Origin: Bugula neritina
Taxonomy: Eukaryota > Animalia > Bryozoa
Direction: 5' to 3'
DNA length: 23,718 nucleotides
Assembly: GCA_964035545.1 (NCBI GenBank)
Contig: CAXIUT010000171.1
Span: 1-23,718, forward strand
This document shows positions 11,701-22,419 of the stretch, in pieces. The stretch's first letter is position 1; every line of letters starts with the position of its first letter. Made by a program: the position numbers and the translations under genes. The notes under the pieces are model-generated. The model was not told where the DNA came from. It did no database searches and saw only the letters and a program-made list of their open reading frames with translations.

Positions 11701-14596
11701 AATTTTATCGGATATCAATTATAAACAAAGTAAAATATATCTAGATAAACATATAAGTTTTCCTTTCAAAGCTTTTTTGATTATTCTCATGCAGAAGTAG
11801 TGTTTTATTCCTCTTTGTCAGCAGGTGCTGGAAGATAGCTATCTTAATAAATCATATCAAGTCACTCCTAAATTAATATAAAATACAGTACTTTATCTTT
11901 ATCGGCAAAGACTTTATAAAAGTCCAGATTATTCAAGTAACAAATAATACATTAATTTACTTGTATAATTGCTCAATCATTCAAGTAGTAAAGCAAAGTT
12001 TATAGTTCTTTCATAAGCTTTTGCTAAAATGTTTACTTTTTCTGGTTTTAAGATCCAATATCCATTTTTTATGAGTTATTATCCAACATCAACCTAAGTA
12101 AAAAAGTTAGTAAATGCTCTAAATAGAGAAGAAGTCAAATCAATAGATTATAAAACTTTATTTGATGTTATTTCATGGTTAAAGATTTTAGGTTAGACTT
12201 GTGAAAATATAAAAGAAACAAGGTCTTATATTCCAGGGCACACTAATAGCAGTAAACTTAACAAACAAAATAAACTAAAACATTAGGTGTATATCATATT
12301 CTTTTTAAAGCTATAAAGATAGGAACTCTTCAAAGAGGCACTATAAATAGCCCATCTGATCATTGATATTGACCTATAAAACAATATTTCGAATATCATA
12401 TTTCCTATTTTTCTTTTAGAAGCACTTCAAAGATAACTACTAGTTAGAGCACAATAACCCCTTATAAGATTGATTTCTTACTATTTCTACTCTCAACAGG
12501 AACTCCTCAAAATCATTAATGAACTAACAAATCCAAATAATAAATTCAGCAGCAAAGATATTGACAATTTAATAAGTAAAAGTCAAAACAACAAAAGTAA
12601 CTAGCTAATTTATGACCCGAAAAATCAAGTATTTTCTAAATGTTTTCAAAATTATATCAAATAAATGGATACAGCAACTCAGGTCAAAAAGATAAATCCA
12701 CTAATGTAAACAATTTGGGCGCAAATTCGTGAAAGACGATAAGAGTATGTAACTAATCCTATTTATTCAATTATTTATAGGATATTATTGCATGATCCTT
12801 TCACCCTTGTGGAATATATTTATCGAAAACACAAAGGAATAAATGTTAAATCACTTAGAGCTCTTTTAACTCTTCTTTCGTTTGAAGGTATTTTCAACAT
12901 GGCAGAACTTCTACAAGTAGGAAAATCAATTTTCTAAATGTTGATAGGCAAGTACTTTTCAACTATCGGTAAAAATAAAGATGATTTTGATCCTGAAATA
13001 TACACTGAATAATATCTCAAAGAACAAAGCAAACTAACAGCTTAAGACCTTCTAGGCAGTTCAATTAGAATAATGAACAATAAATATGAATTTATATTTT
13101 GTTATCCTCATTTCTAAAAGAACTAGGAACTTAAAATCAGAGATATTGAGACAATTATCAATCAACCTTCTATCTATATGCAACAAAAATCAGATTAGAG
13201 CTATCTTTTACTCTAAAAGATGTATCCGCATTGGTGGAGTAAAAAGAAAAAGCAAGAAGTGCTGTCTAAATATCTGGCTACATCTTCTCATCTCAAATAT
13301 TTTTTTGATGATGACGATCTTGAATATACTTAGACTCAATTCGATCTAGAAATACCTTTTGTTGTGTATAAGCCAAGTGCTATTTTTTTTAACTAAGTAA
13401 CTGAAAGAAGCTAACTTACTAATCAACTTATATATGCCCAGCAACCTGTTTTTAAAAATGAGAATAAAACTTCAGATTAGGAATCAACTTAATTTTAACA
13501 AGCTTTCCAGCAAGTATTTAAAAAGAATAAACCTTATAATCCTAGTCGACAAGTTAAAATCAAAAAACATTAACAATTTCTAGTACCTGATAATGATTCA
13601 AGGAATATGGATGCTATATTTGAAACAATGTGCATTGAAGGACAATTTTTATCTATGCTAAAAAAACCTAAATTACCTGTAGTAAATATTCACCAATAAC
13701 TTCATCATAGTGAACTTGAATAAAGTGTTATTATGTCTTGTACTGAACAATCATAGGTCAATAGAGTTGAATTATAGCATTCTTAAGAGTACAGTACATT
13801 CAAAAAGAACCAATCTTTCTTTAAAGATGAAGCAGAAATACCAAAACAGTATATTGAAAATTCTATGAATAAATAAAGATCTTTTTCTCACAATAAAACT
13901 TAAAATATATTGGATGCTTTCGAATAAAGTTTAGATTCTAGTAGAGGTATTAGATAATAGATGGAATATTAAAAATTTATTACTTTGAACTCTGAATAAA
14001 AGAATAACTATTTTGAAGATAAAGTTAGATAGATTTATCATTCTTCTGATAATTTGACCCAAAAAATAAGTTTAATTTGGTCATTAAAGCAAAAATTATT
14101 CAGTATGTAGTCAATAGATCCCATAATCTATAAAATAACTTAAAGACTAGGAAATTGTAAACTTACTAAAAGTACTTTAGTTTCAATATAAAGTATAATA
14201 TCTGAAATAGTATTTTTCAAAGATTTCGAATCATCATCTCTTCTTCAATTGATAAAATAAAACGCGAGCGAATATATACTTCACTAAGAGGACATAATTA
14301 AAGTAGGGAACATAGTTGAATATATATTTGATTAGATAAATGCGAAGGAGTAATTTCTTTTGGTTTTTTTGATAAAATATATAAGAAAATATCATTTAGA
14401 CGATTCCAATAAAAATCATTATAAAGATTAGATCATATTGATCCAGCAATAGATAAGGATAGAGACAATAGAAGATAAAATAAGATAATTGATAGATTCT
14501 AAAAATAGAAATTTGATAAAACTTGGTCAAAATATTTAATATTTTAAAAGATATCGACAATAAAATCATAAATTTTGGAATAAAATTAAACATTGA
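8714..14596 (+). CDS. Large (~1950 aa) hypothetical protein; tentative NBAS/Sec39-like tethering factor
   Basis: One frame is free of TGA from ~9500 to 14594. A 20-nt intron lies at 9087-9106, and there is one unresolved +1 frame change between 9497 and 9625. Beta-rich N-terminus, then helical. ALKIGFTKNEAYLELWNRS and LHLIQTIPEILP recall NBAS segments. The CDS is well supported; the family call is weak and the start codon is uncertain. Confidence 0.7.
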
Positions 14597-14719
14597 TAGT
14601 ATCAATTGTCATATTCTATGTATTTCATTATTATTAAGCTATCATTTTGTTGGTTTTATTTAATTTTGTAAAGTTACGTTTTATAGCAACGTAATAAATT
14701 CATAGAATGTTAATATTAA

Positions 14720-15712
14720 ATGAAAAGATAAATCGGAATTATCAGAAATAGGTTTGATAGATTGATTAACATCAAAAAAGAAGCACAAAGGAAAAAGAAT
14801 AGATTCCAGATGGTCGGAAAAGATGATCTAGATTAACATAATAGTACTTCATTATTTATGTAGCTTTCTCTCTAACCACCACCACTTCAGATCCTTCCAG
14901 TCATTCAGAATTTTGTGACTAACTAGAATAAGGATCAAAACAAGCCACACGACTCTTCGAACAGGCTCGAGGAAAAATTATCAAAGTAGCCTAAATACGT
15001 ATTTATCATAAAATTTTAGAAAAGAAAATGAGTTAACTGAGTAAGGCTAGATTTACTTGTTTGAGATAGAAAGAGAATTAGAAATATGACTAAAGTATAT
15101 CTAAATTGGCCAGTGAAGCAACACATGTATGTACTTTATTATTCAGACACTTATGGCAGCTGAGGGGTTTTTAAAACAAATCAGAAAAATATAATCCTCT
15201 TCATTGGCATCCAAAAAAAGTAAATTTTATTTTATTTAGTTATTCAAAATATAGCTTCTTCTCTGGCAGCAGAACTTCAATAAACTAGTAGAAATCTTAA
15301 AATAAAATAGCAGGAGTACTTTAGAAGAGTAAAAGTTTATTAAGGAACATAGAATAGAGCTATGATACTCACTTAGTAACAAAAAAAGACTATGGAAGGA
15401 GAGTGGGAAATGAATTAATAAAAATAATAAGAGGAAGTTAATAAAGGTAAAATAGGAGAATTAGTAAATTCTATCACTAAGCTATCCAACCTATATCGAG
15501 AATTAGGACAGTTTGTAAATGAACAAGGAACAGTTTTGAATAGAATCGATAGTAATCTAGTTCAAACCGAAGAACATACTGTTAAAGCTGTTGGACACCT
15601 CACACAGGCAGATGCAAACGTCAGTAGTCCATTGGCATAAAAAATAATAAAAGGTTTAGCAATCTTGATCCTCATAATGGCAATTATACTGGGACTGAAA
15701 TATATGAAATGA
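14720..15712 (+). CDS. Qa-SNARE syntaxin (syntaxin-16/Tlg2-like), ~303 aa
   Basis: SNARE motif IGELVNSITKLSNLYRELGQFVNEQGTVLNRIDSNL (zero-layer Q encoded by CAA) and C-terminal TM anchor. Introns 14844-14863, 15127-15146 and 15220-15239 (20 nt each), plus probable 14999-15019 (21 nt). Confidence 0.9.
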
Positions 15713-15826
15713 TGAAATGATTAGTGCCTTCTAAATTTATTAAAATCTTGACTAAATATCATAGATATAAATTAATTAAAGTGATTAATCTAAACAATCA
15801 GTAAAGATCATTTATGATTTATTTGT

Positions 15827-17162
15827 TCACACTTTTTTGAAGTTGACTCCAAAAAATAAATTACAAAAGATGCAGAAAAGTTTACTAGGTTTATCTGAAA
15901 AGATTTAATACCAAAAAGTATAGTTAAGTCGATAATCTTGAAGTTAAACAAAGGCAGTATTCTTGTTATCTCTTGCTATTTGTCTGAACATCTCATTATA
16001 CATCATTGTCTTTTGGCTAACTTCTCGTCTATTCGAACGAATCCTACATACATTCAACAATACTGCTATCTATGTTATAGAACTGCAAAGGTTTTAGAAA
16101 AACCTGTATCTTTTTTGTTAGTTGCCTTCAAAAAAGGTTCTTCTACCTGCTTAAAACATACTTAGTAGTCTTTGAATGTCAATTTCTAGTCTTGAATAAT
16201 AACTTGTTATATTTTAAAAGACTAATCAGTTTATTACTATCGACCTTCGTTATGTTTAGCAAATTATCCTATTTTGATAACATCTTCTTGAATGGAAGGA
16301 TCAATATTTTTTTCAAAAATAGAAAAAACATCTCTCGGACAAATAAATCCATCTCCATTTTTATCATACATCATAAATGATACTAAATTAGCTTATCTTA
16401 GATTCATTTGAGAAAACTTTTAACCTAATTTTTAAAATTCTTTGAAGTTAAGATAAGATTTTATATGAAAAAAGTTTAAAAACCAACTCGCAAATATCTA
16501 TCCCATCATATTAGTTAAACTATGCTTCAAAAGATTTTTACTCACCAGTCCAGCTATAATTAACATAAATATACATTACAAATCGACAGCTAACTTCCCC
16601 AATAACAAAATCTTTGTAAAAGCCTGCTAAACTCGACTTGCTTGAACTGCTAAACCTTTATGATTATGAACAACTGATTTTTTTGTTTTTTCTTTTTTAT
16701 TTTACATTTGTGGTTTTTTCTTGAAAAACCAGAAAGAATCTAGTCCTCCAGCATTTTTCTTTTGTTTATTTAAAAACTGACTATATCTTTTAATAGATTA
16801 TTTGTGTTAAGGAATTTCTTGCTATTTTTGTTAAATAAAACTATGCCTATTTTTTCGAATCCTTGGAGATAAGTATTGATTGGCTGTATACCTTTTATTT
16901 TAACAAGCTGAATTATAAACAAAAATACATAATCTTGGACATTTCTAGGCAGTATAAGGAATAATTCTACCATACAATCTCAATAATAAACTTGATACTT
17001 TTATTTTTTCAGACAATGTAAAGAATAAGGAAAGCACCATTTGTTTCTTAGTTCTTACTTTTTTTCATTTTAAAGAAATTAACGAGATTTAACAATACAG
17101 TATTTCGTTTATTTAAAGGAGTCCAGTTTCTCTTCAGTGGGATGCATAAGCGAATTCCTCAT
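15827..17162 (-). CDS. EF-hand-containing hypothetical protein, ~416-430 aa
   Basis: EF-hand FMMYDKNGDGFICPRDVF. The frame requires introns 16979-16998 (20 nt) and 16222-16244 (23 nt). Probable in-frame 21-nt introns at 16908-16928 and 16554-16574. Confidence 0.72.
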
Positions 17163-17275
17163 AAAATTATTTAGTGCAAGTTATAAATAGTATAATCAGA
17201 TGATATAAATCTCTAAAAGACCTAAAATATTTCGTTAAAATAGTAGCATATAAGAGTCAAAGCGATAATATTGGA

Positions 17276-17728
17276 TCACTCATGAGGCTTGGTTTAGAAA
17301 TAAAGCAGAAGAGCTTATCGTAAATAGAATAGTTCTTCTCTTAAATTATGATTTTGTTCTTCTAGTGTCTGCAATCTTTCTCTAACTTCCTCTTTCTTTG
17401 GACTTGATTAAGCTCTTTTTAAATGATCAGATTTTATACTTTTTGTATGATTCAAATTTCTAATAGGACTATCTTCTGCATTTAATTCGCCTTTTGTTTT
17501 TTCTTTATATTTTAAAACACCTTCCGACATAAGCTATTTATATTTTTCTTGAATTTCAGGCAAAAGGCTATCCTTCCAATGATATCTTACTTGAGATCTT
17601 CTATTTATGGATAATAAAGATTTATCGTACCCTCCATCATACAAATGACTTCTTATATGAGATTGTCTGATTGATTTTGTGTGAAGAAGAGGTGAACTTC
17701 TTACAGAGAGGAGATCAATGTTTTACAT
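17276..17728 (-). CDS. Small hypothetical protein with C-terminal coiled coil, 150 aa
   Basis: 453-nt ATG-to-TGA frame filling the gap between neighbours; heptad-like VRERLQTLEEQNHNLREELFYLREAL. Confidence 0.65.
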
Positions 17729-17805
17729 CTGAATTTAAATTATCTATTTAACTATTGATAGTTAATCAATTTAATTTTTAAAATAGAAAAATATAAGTCA
17801 AAAGA

Positions 17806-20305
17806 TCAATTGGTAGCTGTTAAATTAAGGAGGAGAGTTTATGTTCTTTTTTTTAGAAATTTGATAAAAACAGATGTTGATAGATTGTTTCTATTATTCA
17901 AATATGTTTTAAAATATTAACGTAGAGGAAGAGAAGAGGTATCTTTTTACCAAACTTGACTATATTCACTTATTGACTACCATCTCCCGAATCCTTTTTA
18001 TAAAATAGCCTGACAAATTGCTAAATCTAGATATTTTGTATTTCCTTATTATTTTTATTCTTTTTGGGCTTTAAAATATCTTTTTAATTTATTCAAAACT
18101 ATGATTCTTTTATGAATTTCAGCAGGCTAAATAAAATAAAATATACCTCAACAGTTGAAAAGAAATAATTTTGAGTTTCAGGTGTAACTTCTACTTTATT
18201 TTAACAAATGGTTTTCAATATCAATAAAAAAGAATTAGAATATTCTGAAAGGATCTTTAATATATTACTATTTGAAAATTATTAAAAGAAAGTACTTTCT
18301 AAATAACAGATTTTATTTTTTAATTCTTTCATGGAGTCGAAATTCAGTCCAAATGCCATTATTGTCCTTAAAAAGACAACTCTCTGCATCTAATTGAAAA
18401 GAGAAAAAATCTCTTGTTAACAGCTATTAACATCTTTAGGTACTTTAGGACATAAAATTTATTGATTTTTTTAATTGACTTATTATCGAAGATTTAAAAA
18501 CTGTGTTTTTAGAAATAGATATTTTAGATTTTTTATTTATATCTTCATTTTTTTTCAACTTTTTTGCATTAAAAAGAAGTGTTTTGTTGAGTATCTTTCA
18601 TTATAGAAAAAGAAGGTACTGAAGATTGGTTGCTTACTCTGAGATCACTTAGAGAACTCCACTATTAATAATCTTTATAACTTAATTTGATTTTAGCGCA
18701 GTCAATATTCTTCAAATATACCTCAATTTATCTTTGAATAGGTTGATCTAAGACCAATAGTTCTGATTAATTTAGCAATCTTTGTAAATCAAATAAATTC
18801 CAGAAACAATTCCAATTTTAATATTAAAGCAGAATGATATGAAAGTTTGTTATTTTTTTACCAAAAGGTTAAATAAACAAGTAGAAGTTAATAATAGTTT
18901 TAAGATATGATTTCTCTCCAGAAAGGGCAATTAGCTGATGCGCAGGGCAGTGACAATTGAGATAATAGGTCCACCATTTTATTTTAGATCGATTTGTACA
19001 TAAAATAATGGGTTTATTTTTTTTATCATGAAAAGTAATAGTATTGAGAAGTCTGCATATTACTTGTGCTGTTATTTAGTCCTTCTATTTTCTGCATTTT
19101 AGTGTTTGTTTGAATTTTTTAGAATAGTAGTGATATATCTATTTTTGAATTTATTCATTTTTTATGAGTCTTTTTAGTTGCTAGCTATCGATCTAGTTAT
19201 TTTTCTTGAGTAGAGAAGTTGAACCATGATTGGCAATATCAATGAATTTTAATTTCTTTGAAAAACTAACTGAAAATAGTATTTTTATGAAGAGTTTTTA
19301 TAACTTCTTTTATAATTAAGACAACTTATTTTGTATTTTTATACTTCTCTTTTTATTGAACTCCTTAACTATTTTTCTTCTTTAAGATTTACTTGATTTG
19401 ATTAATTTGTGCAACAAGGAAACTACTTTTCATTTTATATAAAAATGAATAAATTAGTTCAACATAAGGTCTAACTACATCTTAGTCTTCCAAACAATTG
19501 AGTTAGATCTCGACCATTTAACTAAAAATTTAATTCTAAATAAAAAATCTTTATCTTTTTGATCAGGTTGAAAATATTAGACCAACTTCTAAATCTAAGA
19601 ATTACAAGCCATACTTTGAGGTATATAAATACCTAAAATATTCTCTATCTGATCACTTTCGATATCAAAACCTAAAATCTATTCCGGTTGGGACTATTTC
19701 ATCACTTGCGACATCAACTTCCAAGTATAGTGAATAGGTGATGGATGTTTGATTCTAACAAAACCATATTATATATTTTTGATACTTATTTTCAAGAGAA
19801 CAAGTCTGCTACATTTCCATTTATATTGACAGGTTTGACAAACAAATTTCTTTTATTTATTTGTTTTTCCGTATATTTTTGAAAAATAGCATTCAGACAT
19901 CATGTATAACTTCGAAGGCAGTTCGAAACATCTAGAATGAATCATTCTCAAACAAATAGAACAACTTATTATGTTCTCAGAAGTAGTCACTTATTAACAG
20001 CATGTCAGACAAGAATGTTTACCAAAACAACTATTGCAAAATTTCATGCTTAATGTGCTTTTATACCAAGCTTTAGAACATTCATAATGAGCGAATCTTT
20101 TGCATTTGGAGCAGATATCAAAGTAGCTTTAACCAAATTTGTATGAACATTCTAAACAGTATTAGTAGAAGTTAGGGAGTTGCAATTGAAACTGAATTGA
20201 ACTTATTAGTTAGGTTTAGAAACTCTAAAGGTCATACTCTTCAGGTTCACTGTTCGAACTTGTTAAATAGTGTTGGGATAATACGCTTAGAGGTTAACTG
20301 TTCAT
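17806..20305 (-). CDS. CHD3/Mi-2/PICKLE-like protein (2 PHD, 2 chromo-like, degenerate partial SNF2 lobe 1, SANT/SLIDE-like C-terminus), ~820 aa; two unresolved in-frame TGAs
   Basis: PHD CLEC..CSKC..AHYEC..CNSC and CLTC..CSIC..IHSRC..CQTC; chromo-like EYGFVRIKHPSPIHYTW and IENILG..KFLVKW; FNEMQRVVFLRTIMAFG; DLAICQAILEKGFGRWESI. Intron 18127-18146 (20 nt). TGAs at 19430-19432 and 18545-18547 are not explained by a typical intron. Confidence 0.75.
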
Positions 20306-20397
20306 TAGCGGCAATAATTAATATATAGCTAATATAGTTAATATGATGGCTTAATATTCATTTTAAAAATATTGATAAGAATTAAATAAGATTTATA

Positions 20398-21365
20398 TCA
20401 AGCTGCCTTCTTGTAGGATTACTTGAATTTTATAAGTTAATTAGTGGTTATTGAATTTGCTATTTTAGGATGGACTAAATTGACAAGTGCTCCTGTAATT
20501 CTATGCATCAAAGGACCATAACATATTTTTGCATTACCCAAACATCTTATAGCTTACTCAGCTGTTTTATCTGGTGTTACATGAGTGAAAGAATTAGTGT
20601 GTCTGACCATAGCTGTACTCACATAAAATGGTCTAACAGTCAAAAAATCAACTTTTTCCTGAACTTCATATGAAATTGCTTGAGAGAAAAAGTCATCAAA
20701 TGTTTTAGTAGCACTATAATGACCAATTTATTTGGTTTATACCATAGCAGCTCCAGAACTGACATTGATAATGGCTGAAAGTTTGTTTCTTTTGATAAAA
20801 TTAGGAAGAAATACATGAGTTAGAACAGCCATTGGAAGGATGTTTACTTTAGCTTCAGTACGGATCTGTTCAAAAGGAATGTTTAAGAAAAAATCTATGT
20901 TATTATAGGAATACCAGGAGTGTAAAATCCAACATTATTGACTAAAATACTTATATCTTTAACTAAAATATCTTTGAAAGCCTATCTATAATCTTTTTAA
21001 CTCTTTAAATTCGACATATCAATTGAGTATATTTCAACTCTAACTTTATTATTTACTTTGGATATGTTTTACTTAGCTTTTGATAATTTTTAAAGACTTC
21101 TACTCACCAAAATTATATTACAGCCTGATTTGGCAAGTTAAATCGCAATAGCTAAGCCGATTCCTTCAGAACCACCAGTTATCAATGCCCATTCACCTCC
21201 ATATCTTTTCTGAATATCAACTTTTTTGATAAAGAAAGAAGAAAATATAGTTCTTAGGAAGTTTAACAGTCGACATGCACCCACAATAAAACATAATATC
21301 AGAAATATTTCCATAGTTAAGCAACTATTTTATTACTAAGTCTGTATTTGTTTCTCCGATTCCAT
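20398..21365 (-). CDS. Short-chain dehydrogenase/reductase, 17beta-HSD12 / very-long-chain 3-oxoacyl-CoA reductase-like, 315 aa
   Basis: N-terminal TM, RYGGEWALITGGSEGIG, SRSLEKL, ILVNNVG, INVSS, catalytic YSATK, VSTAM. One 20-nt intron at 20895-20914. Confidence 0.92.
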
Positions 21366-21498
21366 TATATATTAATATGATCGATAGAGATGTCATATCA
21401 ATCAGTTATTACTCATCGTATAAATTAGATAAGTAATGAATAGATGACAATCGATATATTTTAAAAATATTTAAAATGGTTAAAAATAATTAAATCAG

Positions 21499-22224
21499 AT
21501 GTAAGCTTTATCCAAAGACAGCACAGTGAAGTTGGGTATCTAGCATAACATAAGTTCAATGAAGGTCATTTAGGCTAGATTCGATTTGAACCAGACCATT
21601 CTTTCTATCAAATAAAATATATAAAACAAATATGGATCAGTTGTTTCATTTACTCAACTTAAATTAAAAGATGCTAAAGGTAATTTGATTGCTAGTCTTG
21701 ATTAAGATATGAAAAAATTAGGGTATTATGGTGCTGCGAATGGAATGATACTGTATGTGATGGATTCGAATCCTAATTCAATTCTAAAGCAAATATAATC
21801 TCTTGAAGGAGTTTAAAAATATGTTATGAGTTAGTAAAATTATGATAAATTGCCTTAGAATTTTAGAAAATGGAAACAAAATTTCCTTAAACATCATCCC
21901 GAATACCTCAACTAAAAAAAAATAGTTAATACAAGTAAAATGGATCCAGATTATTTGTCTGAACTTGCTTCTTCAATAGAAGGAGGTTCAAGATGTAAAA
22001 CTTAGTTTGGACCTAGAGGAGAAGTTGCTTTTGTAGGAAAAATAGCTGATTTAGGAAATGGATACTTTGTTGGAGTTAAGTTGGATTAACCTTTTGGAGA
22101 TAGTAATGGAATAGTAAAAGGAGTCAAATATTTTGAAGCTGGAAATAAGTATGCTATGTTTGTTAGGCCTAATACAATTTAAGTTGGAGATTTTCCTGTT
22201 CTAGATATAGATGATTAAATATGA
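21499..22224 (+). CDS. TBCB: Tubulin-folding cofactor B (ubiquitin-like + CAP-Gly), 241 aa
   Basis: KLGYYG..VMDSNP, VEKYVMSEENYDK, CAP-Gly RGEVAFVG..GYFVGVKLDEPFGDSNG..GVKYF, C-terminus VGDFP..DDEI*. An alternative start at ATG 21476 with a 20-nt intron (21479-21498) would add one Met. Confidence 0.95.
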
Positions 22225-22337
22225 TCTTTAATTTCAAATTGTTAAAATTCTCATAAATATTTGTTCTAGTAATTGAACTCATATTAAATGAATAAAGAAA
22301 ATATCTTAATGATATTAAATTGAATAATCATCTCATA

Positions 22338-22419
22338 GGGGTTGGGGTTGGGGTTGGGGTTGGGGTTGGGGTTGGGGTTGGGGTTGGGGTTGGGGTTGGG
22401 GTTGGGGTTGGGGTTGGGG
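22338..22419 (+). repeat. Internal telomeric tract 3, (TTGGGG)n, ~82 nt
   Basis: Perfect G4T2 array ending TTGGGGG then CTTTG; abuts coding sequence of the TLDc gene. Confidence 0.97.

Noticed and set aside
21499-22224. Standard ciliate code (UAR=Gln) or split code (UAA=Lys, UAG=Glu)
   Set aside because: TAA occupies conserved Glu sites (LDEP, VEKY, EISDP, DEI*), and conserved Gln sites use CAA.
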